DNA of 64,000 bases from NCBI GenBank assembly GCA_002269645.1, contig NIVC01000906.1:186001-250000 (forward strand). The letters run 5' to 3'. Position numbers and translations under genes: made by a program. The notes under the pieces were generated by a model. That model worked only from the letters and a program-made list of their open reading frames with translations. It was not told where the DNA came from and ran no database searches. Position 1 is the stretch's first letter, and every line of letters begins with the position of its first letter. The stretch is from Macrostomum lignano. Its lineage: Eukaryota. Positions 1 to 12,832 of the stretch are shown here, piece after piece.

Positions 1-32
1 CCGTCATTTGGTTCACTTGCTGCTCACAAGCC

Positions 33-65
<33 letters not shown>

Positions 66-1938
66 GCTATCCGTGCAGGCAGTCAGTCTATTTGTGAATT
101 TTCTGGTGGATCTGAAGAAAACCCGTCCGGCACAGGATTAAAGAGAAAGAGACGATCTGTTTTGGGTGAGTATTATCTGCTGTAGAAGTATTGTACACCA
201 GAGTACTTGTGTTACTTGGTAGAGCACAATTCAAAAGCAATGCAACAATCTCAGTGGCATTGTTGGGACACAAGCTACAAACGCATTGAATAGTAAACAC
301 AGCCCAGCCTAGCTCAAGGCTAGTAATTTGTTGGGCATTTATTGGGACATTGCAGCCAGGCCTATTTTTTGAACAGCATTTGTTGGGTCGCACTTATTGG
401 GACAATACTGATTCTAATCGCGACTACTTCTGAGTTCTGACTTTTCAAAACAGACCCAGCATTAGTTGAACACGTTCTATTAAAGGGTTCCTTTATAGCC
501 TATTAATGATTACTAAAGCAAGCCTATCTTAATTGATTTCTTTTCCTCGCAGATTCTGAAGTCAGCCACGCCAGCGACATGCCTAAGAGACAAGAATGCG
601 CTTTAACGATCAGCAGCGAGCATTCTGATCTCGCCGCTGCATCCGTCATTTGGTTCACTTGCTGCTCACAAGCCGCAGCAGCAGCAGCCGCTATCCGTGC
701 AGGCAGTCAGTCTCTTTGTGAATTTTCTGGTGGATCTGAAGAAAACCCGTCCGGCACAGGATTAAAGAGAAAGAGACGATCTGTTTTGGGTGAGTATTAT
801 CTGCTGTAGAAGTATTGTACACCAGAGTACTTGTGTTACTTGGTAGAGCACAATTCAAAAGCAATGCAACAATCTCAGTGGCATTGTTGGGACACAAGCT
901 ACAAACGCATTGAATAGTAAACACAGCCCAGCCTAGCTCAAGGCTAGTAATTTGTTGGGCATTTATTGGGACATTGCAGCCAGGCCTATTTTTTGAACAG
1001 CATTTGTTGGGTCGCACTTATTGGGACAATACTGATTCTAATCGCGACTACTTCTGAGTTCTGACTTTTCAAAACAGACCCAGCATTAGTTGAACACGTT
1101 CTATTAAAGGGTTCCTTTATAGCCTATTAATGATTACTAAAGGCAAGCCTATCTTAATTGATTTCTTTTCCTCGCAGATTCTGAAGTCAGCCACGCCAGC
1201 GACATGCCTAAGAGACAAGAATGCGCTTTAACGATCAGCAGCGAGCATTCTGATCTCGCCGCTGCATCCGTCATTTGGTTCACTTGCTGCTCACAAGCCG
1301 CAGCAGCAGCAGCAGCAGCAGCAGCAGCCGCTATCCGTGCAGGCAGTCAGTCTATTTGTGAATTTTCTGGTGGATCTGAAGAAAACCCGTCCGGCACAGG
1401 ATTAAAGAGAAAGAGACGATCTGTTTTGGGTGAGTATTATCTGCTGTAGAAGTATTGTACACCAGAGTACTTGTGTTACTTGGTAGAGCACAATTCAAAA
1501 GCAATGCAACAATCTCAGTGGCATTGTTGGGACACAAGCTACAAACGCATTGAATAGTAAACACAGCCCAGCCTAGCTCAAGGCTAGTAATTTGTTGGGC
1601 ATTTATTGGGACATTGCAGCCAGGCCTATTTTTTGAACAGCATTTGTTGGGTCGCACTTATTGGGACAATACTGATTCTAATCGCGACTACTTCTGAGTT
1701 CTGACTTTTCAAAACAGACCCAGCATTAGTTGAACACGTTCTATTAAAGGGTTCCTTTATAGCCTATTAATGATTACTAAAGCAAGCCTATCTTAATTGA
1801 TTTCTTTTCCTCGCAGATTCTGAAGTCAGCCACGCCAGCGACATGCCTAAGAGACAAGAATGCGCTTTAACGATCAGCAGCGAGCATTCTGATCTCGCCG
1901 CTGCATCCGTCATTTGGTTCACTTGCTGCTCACAAGCC

Positions 1939-1971
<33 letters not shown>

Positions 1972-3845
1972 GCTATCCGTGCAGGCAGTCAGTCTATTTG
2001 TGAATTTTCTGGTGGATCTGAAGAAAACCCGTCCGGCACAGGATTAAAGAGAAAGAGACGATCTGTTTTGGGTGAGTATTATCTGCTGTAGAAGTATTGT
2101 ACACCAGAGTACTTGTGTTACTTGGTAGAGCACAATTCAAAAGCAATGCAACAATCTCAGTGGCATTGTTGGGACACAAGCTACAAACGCATTGAATAGT
2201 AAACACAGCCCAGCCTAGCTCAAGGCTAGTAATTTGTTGGGCATTTATTGGGACATTGCAGCCAGGCCTATTTTTTGAACAGCATTTGTTGGGTCGCACT
2301 TATTGGGACAATACTGATTCTAATCGCGACTACTTCTGAGTTCTGACTTTTCAAAACAGACCCAGCATTAGTTGAACACGTTCTATTAAAGGGTTCCTTT
2401 ATAGCCTATTAATGATTACTAAAGGCAAGCCTATCTTAATTGATTTCTTTTCCTCGCAGATTCTGAAGTCAGCCACGCCAGCGACATGCCTAAGAGACAA
2501 GAATGCGCTTTAACGATCAGCAGCGAGCATTCTGATCTCGCCGCTGCATCCGTCATTTGGTTCACTTGCTGCTCACAAGCCGCAGCAGCAGCAGCCGCTA
2601 TCCGTGCAGGCATTCAGTCTCTTTGTGAATTTTCTGGTGGATCTGAAGAAAACCCGTCCGGCACAGGATTAAAGAGAAAGAGACGATCTGTTTTGGGTGA
2701 GTATTATCTGCTGTAGAAGTATTGTACACCAGAGTACTTGTGTTACTTGGTAGAGCACAATTGAAAAGCAATGCAACAATCTCAGTGGCATTGTTGGGAC
2801 ACAAGCTACAAACGCATTGAATAGTAAACACAGCCCAGCCTAGCTCAAGGCTAGTAATTTGTTGGGCATTTATTGGGACATTGCAGCCAGGCCTATTTTT
2901 TGAACAGCATTTGTTGGGTCGCACTTATTGGGACAATACTGATTCTAATCGCGACTACTTCTGAGTTCTGACTTTTCAAAACAGACCCAGCATTAGTTGA
3001 ACACGTTCTATTAAAGGGTTCCTTTATAGCCTATTAATGATTACTAAAGGCAAGCCTATCTTAATTGATTTCTTTTCCTCGCAGATTCTGAAGTCAGCCA
3101 CGCCAGCGACATGCCTAAGAGACAAGAATGCGCTTTAACGATCAGCAGCGAGCATTCTGATCTCGCCGCTGCATCCGTCATTTGGTTCACTTGCTGCTCA
3201 CAAGCCGCAGCAGCAGCAGCAGCAGCAGCAGCAGCCGCTATCCGTGCAGGCAGTCAGTCTATTTGTGAATTTTCTGGTGGATCTGAAGAAAACCCGTCCG
3301 GCACAGGATTAAAGAGAAAGAGACGATCTGTTTTGGGTGAGTATTATCTGCTGTAGAAGTATTGTACACCAGAGTACTTGTGTTACTTGGTAGAGCACAA
3401 TTCAAAAGCAATGCAACAATCTCAGTGGCATTGTTGGGACACAAGCTACAAACGCATTGAATAGTAAACACAGCCCAGCCTAGCTCAAGGCTAGTAATTT
3501 GTTGGGCATTTATTGGGACATTGCAACCAGGCCTATTTTTTGAACAGCATTTGTTGGGTCGCACTTATTGGGACAATACTGATTCTAATCGCGACTACTT
3601 CTGAGTTCTGACTTTTCAAAACAGACCCAGCATTAGTTGAACACGTTCTATTAAAGGGTTCCTTTATAGCCTATTAATGATTACTAATGCAAGCCTATCT
3701 TAATTGATTTCTTTTCCTCGCAGATTCTGAAGTCAGCAACGCCAGCGACATGCCTAAGAGACAAGAATGCGCTTTAACGATCAGCAGCGAGCATTCTGAT
3801 CTCGCCGCTGCATCCGTCATTTGGTTCACTTGCTGCTCACAAGCC

Positions 3846-3887
<42 letters not shown>

Positions 3888-3890
3888 GCT
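1..3890. repeat. Tandem array of ~625-643-bp units (exon+intron) with a variable (GCA)n tract
   Basis: Near-identical units; exon-like parts start at 553, 1178, 1817, 2460, 3085, 3724. The only large differences are GCA copy number and a 1-bp intron indel (387/388 bp). Confidence 0.97.
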
Positions 3891-3911
3891 ATCTGTGCAG
3901 CAGTCAGTTAA
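1..3911 (+). CDS. 3' part of a gene made of tandemly repeated symmetric phase-1 exons (DSEVSHASDMPKRQEC...polyAla...LKRKRRSVL)
   Basis: Each unit has acceptor ttttcctcgcag| and donor G|gtgagt. Exons: <1-165, 553-789, 1178-1429, 1817-2071, 2460-2696, 3085-3336 (complete copies are multiples of 3, open, phase 1-1). The last copy 3724-3911 diverges to stop TAA; AATAAA at 4032. Confidence 0.6.
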
Positions 3912-4115
3912 TTCATGAGTTTTTTGGCGGAGCTGGTTATTTTTTTAATTTTCTGAATCGAGAAGCCGATTAACTGCTGTGTGCTTCACTGGAATATTAT
4001 TTAGAGGACGCATTTTTTGCAGTCTGTTTCTAATAAAATCCGGTGCAATGACCGCGGTAGAGCTCTAGCATTTGCTTTTTATAGTATTTGTGTATATTCT
4101 TTTTCAAGCTATGCT

Positions 4116-4365
4116 GGAATTGTTGGGACAGCCCTATCCACACTGGCTATGGTGGAATTGTTGGGACAGCCCTATCCACACTGGCTATGGTTGAATTGTT
4201 GGGACAGCCCTATCCACACTGGCTATGGTGGAATTGTTGGGACAGCCCTATCCACACTGGCTATGGTTGAATTGTTGGGACAGCCCTATCCACACTGGCT
4301 ATGGTGGAATTGTTGGGACAGCCCTATCCACACTGGCTATGGTGAAATTGTTGGGACAGCCCCAT
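4116..4365. repeat. 38-bp minisatellite (~6.5 copies)
   Basis: GGAATTGTTGGGACAGCCCTATCCACACTGGCTATGGT repeated. Confidence 0.95.
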
Positions 4366-6020
4366 ACTGTAGTGTGTGCTGGCTTCTGCTATAGTGTGGT
4401 TCATTTCCGCATCCTTTTACGTAGCATTCTGTGGGTCCGAATAGCTGACATGTACCTTTTGAGTAATTCTAGTGATTGTGTCATAATCAATAAAGTACAT
4501 TTTTATGAACAGTGGAGTTTCGCTACAGAATTGTTTTTTCCCAGTGGCACTAAATGTAGCAAATTTTGTTTATTCAGATCGTAAAATTTTTTTGATATGT
4601 GTCAATGTCGTTTGTCTTCGATAACCTTAAAGTCCCTTGCCATTTACCATCCTGTCTTCTATAATCTATGATCGCTGAAATTATCTGGTGAAATTTGACG
4701 CGCTGATATTATTGCCTTAGTGGAATTCAGCAAGACACCAGGGTTTTTTAATTCTGTTTTAGACAAGTATACATGTACAATCTGTTGTGAGTTCAATGCA
4801 CCTCGAAAAATGCTTTCCAACTGTTTTCAGTAAGCCAAAAGCATATTGTCAATAAAAATCTATTTGGTGGGTTGAAAATTGCCTGTGTGGGGACGTGTGT
4901 GTGTGTGATTTTTCGTGTGTCGGAGCAGTCCCAATATGTGCAAGTTTTTGCACACTTGGCCAATAAGTGCCTCGTGCACGTTTGTGTGCGTATCCGCGCG
5001 CTTGTGTGCCTGCTCAAGGTCACATCGCCTGTCTCCAATAAAAAAGTTCAATTGACTGTTGAAACAGAAATAACCTGAAGTTGCAACCATCTTACCTAAT
5101 CAAAAAGGAAAGTTGAATAAACGGCTCCGCTTTCCTTTTCGTTGCCCATTTCCCTTCGACACTGGTTGTGCACCATCTCAAGTTGTCTGCATGCTTAGTT
5201 TCAGATCTAGCATAACTTGCTTTTTCAGCTACCGTTTTTAAAACTCTTTTGTTTATTTTAAAGCTGAAATATGAAATTCTCCACAACTTACTAATTGAAT
5301 TTACAATACTTCAAAGCGGCAGTCTTTGGATAAGCCCATCTCGAAAATTTGTTGAAGAGTTTTATTCGTAAATGAAGTTTTGAAAACGAAATTTTACATT
5401 AAAGATCTGCTATTTTAAGCGAGACCATTTCTGATGTTGTGTGTAAATTAAAAAACGGTATCACACTAAACAAACATGATCGAAGGTCAAAATGGACCGA
5501 AGGGCTAAATCGAATTCAAGGTTTGAAATAATAGAACTGCACAGCTTAGCAAATCTCTCACTGACTCTTGCGAGTTGTTAAAGCAAATTTTATTTTAATT
5601 TCGTCTCGATCTTGAGTTCAATATTCAGGAAAAAGGGTTTGAATCTAAAAAGAGGTTCAGAATTATTCTTGTCACTGGATTGCAACAGATACGAATTAAG
5701 AATTCCTAAGGCAAGATGAAACTCAGATGAGTTCAGTCTAATGACACCGTTTTACTGAGGGTTTCTTTGCAACTTGCAACTGGTAAATCATGATTTGTGG
5801 AATTAAACTGATTCGAAATCAAAATCGATAAGAATTTGCACGTAAAATCGAGCAATTACGTCACAATAAAACATTGAGTTAACACACACCAATCGGTGGG
5901 CGCAATCAGGTAGACCGCGCAGATAATGACTCTCTAGGTCAAAAAATGTTTAACAAGCACTACGTAATTTCAGACTCATCCATAATCAAGAGCGTGCTCA
6001 AGTCTGACAGTGATCACTGC

Positions 6021-9000
6021 TCAACAATTCTGCCACTTCTTGATTCCCCTCTCGATCCATTCCTCGATGTCGCGGACTTTGCGTTCAGCGGCCGTGTGCC
6101 AGAGGTTCGCGATCGTGTCGGCCGGGATCGGGTCGAGTTCGCGCGAATGCTTCAGACCGCTAATCTGCGACACAATGTAAGCTTTGAACTCGCGGTGACG
6201 CTCCTGCGGGTGCTCACGCTCGGCGATCCGGTCGAGTTCGTCGGGCTCGAACTGTACGGGGCTACGGACCAGGATCATTAAGGTCACCTGCAGCAGGTTG
6301 TTCAACTCCGTTTCCTGCTTTTGGACGCGAACCTCGGACTCGGATTTGGTGAACAGCAGGCCGCCGAATGTGTGGCCCTTCCGCAGGGTCGGCAGCGGGC
6401 TCTCCAGGTAGTCGTAGACAATCGATGCGCCAGGTCGGTGGGACGTCTGGAGTTTGGGGACACAATACGAGAAATTCATATGACAGTTGGACAATAGAAA
6501 CTCTGACATCTAAAAGCCCTAACGACCTTTCTGGTAAACCGTTTACTCTTGACTGAGCATCTGCTTCTCGCAGACTTTCCAGGAAAAATTAAACTACAAA
6601 CCTTGAGATTTTTCGGCGTCAACGACCACGGCAGAGTGGCGGTCTCCTGGCCGAAGAGTTTCCAGATTTGCAGCAAATCTTTTATCATTTTAAAGCCTTG
6701 CAGTTTGGTGTACGCCCGGCCCTGCTCAGCCTCGATGAAATCTTGCAGCGAACTGTTGTACGCGGAATGCAGTACGCACAGCTCGAACTTGTCGTTGAAC
6801 GTGACCATCAGAGTGATGGCCACGCAGCGCTGGTTTCTAACTACATTGCCCTTCATCAGATGGTGATTCGGGATGCCGCCGAGGCAAAGCGTTGAGCCAA
6901 TCCCCGAGTTGTCCGGACCCCCTCCAGCGCTGCTACAAAGCTGCGTCACTGTGACGCCAATGCCGGAGTCCTGTGTGCGCTCAAATTTGGCGTAGCCACT
7001 GGTCAAGTGGCAAAGTTGGCCCAGGCAGGTGGACGCGATTGGCTTCGTCAGGTTCGCGGACGGCAGGTGGCCGTAGGCTTGAACGTTTCGAAGTGCTTCA
7101 GCGGACACTAAGCAGAACTGGACGCTCAGCCACACGCTGCGCGCGGCTGGACTCTCTTTGGCCAGCAGTTTCTGCAGTTTGGCGGCAAACTTGTGCCGCG
7201 ACTGGGACAGGTTGAGCAGACAGGCCTCGGCCTGCTTCAGCGTGTAGTCCACGCCTGCGAACATCCGGCGAACCACTGCGTTCAGATCGATGCTCGAGTA
7301 GAACTCTTTGGCCACTTCGCTCTTCCACTCGGGAGTGTTGGGGTTCACGCCTTTGTTCTTGTTGACCGTGGCGGCCGTCCACAGCTTCCTGACCCATTTG
7401 ATGAAGCCGGCCTCGGATTTCCATTCGACGCTAAAATTAAGCTTAACAATGTTCATGACGAGCTCGTCGGCGTGAGTACGAATTAGATCCTGCCAAGGAC
7501 TTGACGGCTGGTCTTTTGACGCGTTCGAGAACATCTTTTTAAGCTTTTCAACCTCGTTGAACAGCACCGTCCTCAGATCGTTGATCTTTCTTTCAAGCGA
7601 CTCTTGAATCTCCACATTGAGCAGGTGCAACACGTAGTTATTAATCTGCTCCCGGTATTGCTGCTCAACCTCGTTGTTCCTGATCCTGCTGTACAACCGC
7701 AGCGGCCCGAACTCCAGTCGTCGGCACTCGTCAATGATGGCCTTCTCGCTGCGCTTGTGGATATCCGTCAGCTCCTGTAGAAATTTCGATTTGCACTCTT
7801 TCAGCTTGGTTTTGGTGTCTCGGAAGCTCTGCAGGATGCGCTCTTTAGAGGCCTGCTCGGCCAGCTGGGCTCCTTCCTCCGCCTCGGCGCCGGAGTCTCG
7901 AGTGAAGGCGTCGAATGTGCGCACGGACACCAGGAAGAGTGTAGAGAGGGCCAGCTCCATCCGACTTCGTCCAGTCTCCAGTAGGCAGTCCTTGAGCGCT
8001 GCCACCATCGCCTGGTACTGCGCCTCGTAGTCTTTGTTGAGCTGGCTGATCTGCTCCGAGTCGCCATCGAGGGGGAAGCGCTGGCGCAGCACGGACACGG
8101 GATAAACTGTCTGCCTGCCGCTGCCGCCCGTCAGCTTGTACTTGGCCAGCTGGTCCACCACAAGTCTCTGTTTTCTCCGCTGCGTCTGCAAGCCGCTGTC
8201 GTGGAAGCGAGAGTCCGACAGCTCCGAGTCCTCCAGGTCCGAGTCGCCGTCCATCTCCTCGGCCTCGGGATCGTAGTCAACTTTGTTGATGACGAAGAAT
8301 ATGCGAATATCCGGAATGCTGGCTTTGAGAAAGAAGAGAAACTCGCGATCCTGCGTGGGCGGAGGGTGCCAGACAGACACATTTATGGATTTGCCACCAG
8401 TGAATGCTTACGTTGGAAATCTACGAAAAAATCTAATCGCTGCTTAAGCAGCTTAAGTGTACAAAAATGTCTCTCGAGATTCTGGAGATTTTAATGCTCA
8501 AAAATTACGGACGGTTAGATTTATGAATAATCAAATACAGGGGGTCATTAGATAAATACTCTTCAAGGTAATATTGGGTTGTAGCCTGATATTGTTTACC
8601 TTCCAAAGAGTCAGACCCTCTTGCAGATTTAAACCGAAGCGAATTTCCATAGATATTCCATCCGATAAAATTGTTTTACTCTACAAGAACAATACAATTC
8701 AGACCGGACTAGCAGCCCCGGCTGGCAAGGTAGCGAATTAAATTTCCTAATTCTGAAAGTCAAGCGAGCCGAAAAAATATTTTGGAAATCAATAATTTTT
8801 TCTTCAGGGCGCAAAATATAGCGCCTGCGGCGCCAAAATGAGTGCCTGCGGCGCTAAAAGGAATGCCTACGGCGCCAAAATGAGTGCTTGTGGCGCCAAA
8901 ATGAGTGCCTGTGGCGCCAAAATGAGTACCTGTGGCGCTAAAAGGAATGCCTACCGGCGCCAAAATGAGTGCCTGTGGCGCCAAAATGAGTGCCTGTGGC

Positions 9001-12000
9001 GCTAAAAGGAATGCCTACGGCGCCAAAATTAGTGCCTGTGGCGCTAAAAGGAATGCCTACGGCGCCAAAATGAGTGCTTGTGGCGCCAAAATGAGTGCCT
9101 GTGGCGCCAAAAGGAATGCCTACGGCGCCAAAATGAGTGCCTGTGGCGCCAAAAGGAATGCCTACGGCGCCAAAATGAGTGCCTGTGGCGCCAAAAGGAA
9201 TGCCTACGGCGCCAAAATGAGTGCTTGCGGCGCTAAAGTGAGCGCTGACAACACTGATTCTCCAAATAATAAACATGTAGGAATTTTGTCATGTAAATGT
9301 ACATGTTGAATTCTTGGCTTTGTCCCCCCACCATAAAATCCAATGGCGACGCCCCTGGCAACAGTGAGTACTGAAGGCGAAAGTCAAAGCAGTTTGTATT
9401 ACCAGTGGTCAATGAGGGAAGTAAACTCTAAATGCTTTTTAGCCTAGTGGCTAGAGCGTCGGACTCACGACTGAAAGGTCGGGGGTTCGAATCCCGACCC
9501 AACTCGGAACAATTTGTGTCCTTAAGCAAGACACTTAACTCTGCATTGTTTCAGTTCACCCAGCTGAAAAATGGGTATCAGCTTTAGCAGGGGTAATAAA
9601 TTGAGGCTGTGTGGCGACCTCCCCGTCCTTGGACTGAACAGCCGTACGCAGCCTTCAGATGCACCGCGCAATAGCCCATTGAGACAGGTGTCATCAATCA
9701 ATTAATTTATTTATCTGCAACATAAATGTAAAATCTTAAGACCCCAATTAACCAACTTGCATGTACGTGTTGCTCGTGTATGCAGATCAGTTAAAATAAG
9801 ACTATTAAGTGAGCGATTATACGTCGGACTCTCAAAGTCACTCAGTTCGTTTTTCGAACGATTCACGACCGTGAGAGCCAACCCCAAGGCCCAGAGAGTG
9901 TGCACGGCTAACGATTAGAAACTCAGGGCTGTTGCACACTTTAAATGAGCCGCCGGTTGTGCGGTGATGTGGCCAAAAGGGGCTGCGCCAGGGTGACCAC
10001 AACCCTCTTGCGAACTTTAAAAAAATTGAAAATACATTAAAAAACGGACTCACCGAGTTCCCCAAGCCCTTATTGCCGTCGATGATGTACACCACAGTCT
10101 GGTGGTTAAATCCGAACAGCTGTCTCAGCAGCCGTTCCCGCAGCTTAGGATCAAAACAGTCGCCCGGTATCTCTAGGAACTGCACCCGGGTTCTCAATAT
10201 GGGATTCTTGACTCCAATCTCTAGCACACAGTTGTCAAGGCTGCCCCAGGCTGCACGCTCTTCGTCGCTCATCACTTCCTCAATAAACTCGCGCACCTGA
10301 TTCGATGTGCGGTGACGCTACAGTACAAATGATAAAATAGATGTAATAATGTTTAGATAGCAATTATTAATTAATTGTTAGTTCGAAGTAACATATCAGA
10401 TTTGAGAAGAGACACAGCCACGAAAGCCATCAAAAGCCATAGACACAGCCACAAAAGCCATAAACACAGCCACAAAAGCCATAGACAAAGCCACAAAAGC
10501 CATAGTCACAGCCACAAAAGCCATAGACAATAGCACAAAAGCCATAGAAAAAGCCACAAAAGCCATAGACAAAGCCACAAAAGCCATAGACACAGCCACA
10601 AAAGCCATAGACAAAGCCACAAAAGCCATAGACACAGCCACATAAGCCATAGACACAGCCACAAAAGCCATAGACACAGCCAAAAAAGCCATAGACAAAG
10701 CCACAAAAGCCATAGACACAGCCACAAAAGCCATAGACACAGCCACAAAAGCCATAGACACAGCCACAAAAGCCATAGACACAGCCACAAAAGCCATAGA
10801 CACAGCCTCAAAAGCCATAGAAACAGCCACAAAAGCCATAGAAAAAGCCACAAAAGCCATAGACACAGCCACAAAAGCCATAGACACAGCCACAAAAGCC
10901 ATAGACACAGCCACAAAAGCCATAGACACAGCCACAAAAGCCATAGACAAAGCCACAAAAGCCATAGACACAGCCAAAAAAGCCATAGACAAAGCCACAA
11001 AAGCCATAGACAAAGCCACAAAAGCCATAGACACAGCCACAAAAGCCATAGACACTAACACAAAAGCCACAGTCGAAAACTCACCAGCATTTGAGCCGGC
11101 TGTTGTGGGTCGCCCTTGATCTGTTCCAGCTCCAAAGGCCTCTCGGTGGTGCTTTTAGCAATTTTAACGTAGCCGGATTCGTCGTATTTCAAATGCACGA
11201 TTCCGTTGCACGGATGCTTCAGCATCGCGGCGCTGCTAGGCAAAATATCTGCGCCCAGGATCCCATTGATGACGGATGATTTACCGCTGCCTTTGCCGCC
11301 CAGCACCAGCAGTATTGGGTCGGTGCGCAGGACGCTCATGATGGTTTGCTCTTCGCTGTTCGACAGCCAAGCCTCTGTGCCGCGGTCCGTGGCGGACAGT
11401 TCGGCGAGTCCCGAAGCGCTGCTACTGCTGCTGCCAATCAGAAGCTCCTGGATGCCCTGACAAGCCCGCTTGAGCTCGTGATAAGTCTGCTTAACAATGC
11501 GTCTTGTGCTATAGAAATTTTTGAAATAATCGTGCAATTCGTTGATAGATTTCTCGTTGCTGTGGGGCGCCCATGCGCTGGACTGCTCCATCTCGGTCAT
11601 CTCGGGTACGAAGGCTTCACCTTCGGAGAGGTCTCCGTCAATGCTGCCTGCTGGCAATGTTAGAAGCTAGTTGCCATGAATAAGTTATAAAAATTTGTAC
11701 TTTTAGCTAGCACTTTGAGGCGCTCAACTTCAACATACCCGATCTACTGAGAGTAGTTGACGAGCTCAAAATGGCACCATCAGCAGTTCTAGATGTGTTC
11801 GACTGCTCTGCAGCAATCTGACCGTCGGTTCCACCTTCATCAGGAGCGTGAGCAGCTTCATCGCTAGCTTCGGTAGCTTGAGTTGGCGCCTCCTCAGATA
11901 CACGTACTTAAAATTCGGTGAAAGGCAACCATAAACATACTAATTAGTGCAATTTCAGTGTTAGCTAAGTTTCTTGATCTTCTGGCACGCCCAACTACAG

Positions 12001-12832
12001 ATAGTCAGTTTTACTATAATCTTTATATATCTCTCAATCCTTTTTTCTTTCCTTTTGTATCCTTACTCATCTAGCTGCTCTCCCTCTCTCCCCCTTCTCT
12101 CTCCCCTCCTCTCTCTCCCCTTTTCTCTCCCCTTCTCTCTCCCCCTCTCTCTCCCCTTCTCTCTCCCCTTCTCTCTCCCCTTCTCTCTCCCCTTCTCTCT
12201 CCCCTTCTCTCTCCCCTTCTCTCTCCCCTTCTCTTTCCCCTTCTCTTTCCCCTTCTCTCTCTCCTTCTCTCTCTCCTTCTCTCCATCTCACTGTCTTTCT
12301 CACCATCTCACCCCTGTCTTTTCATCTAATCTCACCCCCTGTTTTTCATCTAATCTCACCCCTGTCTCTCCCATCTCCCTCCCTTTCTCTTCATCTCACC
12401 CCTTTCTCTTTATCTCACTCCATTCTCTCCATCTCACTCCCGGTCTCTCCATCTCATTCCCGGTCTCTCCATCTCATTCCCGGTCTCTCCATCTCATTCC
12501 CGGTCTCTCCATCTCATTCCCGGTCTCTCCATCTCATTCCCGGTCTCTCCATCTCATTCCCGGACTCTCCATCTCACTCCCGGTCTCTCCATCTCACTCC
12601 CTTTCTCTCACTCCCCTTCTCTTTTTATGCGATTCAGTTTCTTAGACCAATCTGCCTCTTAGTTCAGATCTCTTGTCTATCATCTCTTTCGTGCTCCAGT
12701 GTACTATCTAACACTATTGCATTGGTTGGGCAATCAGGTTAGATTTTTTTGTGCTGAATCTATTTACTCACCATTTTCGTCGTGATCATCCGGTCCGATT
12801 GTAACAAATCCAGTCTGCTTGCTTAGATTCAT
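6021..12832 (-). CDS. Dynamin-like GTPase-helical-pseudokinase protein (DSTYK-like architecture), ~1077 aa
   Basis: Exons 12832-12772 (putative ATG exon), 11906-11739, 11650-11085, 10317-10054, 8350-6602, 6446-6021; all GT-AG and frame-consistent. G1 GGKGSGKSSVINGILG, G3-like EIPG, G4 FFVINKVD. C-terminal kinase-like region has hinge ..YNSSLQDFI and catalytic-loop-like PWSLTPKNL but no HRD or DFG. Confidence 0.75.
8815..9250. repeat. 21-bp minisatellite with two interleaved variants (intronic)
   Basis: GGCGCCAAAATGAGTGCCTGT and GGCGCTAAAAGGAATGCCTAC units. Confidence 0.93.
9440..9675 (+). mobile_element. tRNA-derived CORE-type SINE
   Basis: A box TAGCCTAGTGG, B box GGTTCGAATCC, then TGTGTCCTTAAGCAAGACACTTAACTCT...TCAGTTCACCCAGCTGAAAAATGGG matching the CORE domain pattern. 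A second copy lies inverted at 38025-38277. Confidence 0.85.
10407..11070. repeat. 21-bp minisatellite (~31 copies, intronic)
   Basis: AGCCACAAAAGCCATAGACAC repeated; starts about 15 bp from the splice donor at 11084. Confidence 0.97.
12075..12610. repeat. CT-rich 12-bp repeat followed by a 20-bp minisatellite
   Basis: CCCCTTCTCTCT (12080-12290) and CGGTCTCTCCATCTCATTCC (12420-12610). Confidence 0.92.

Noticed and set aside
88-3564. Repeated 101-108-aa minus-strand ORFs (MRPNKCCSK...)
   Set aside because: Antisense to the repeated + strand intron/exon; no splice or homology support.
9440-9500. tRNA gene
   Set aside because: No acceptor stem, and it continues into a SINE body; the second copy has a different anticodon.
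11941-11994. Possible extra 54-nt exon of the DSTYK-like gene
   Set aside because: Frame-compatible, but it needs a 34-nt intron; the model works without it.
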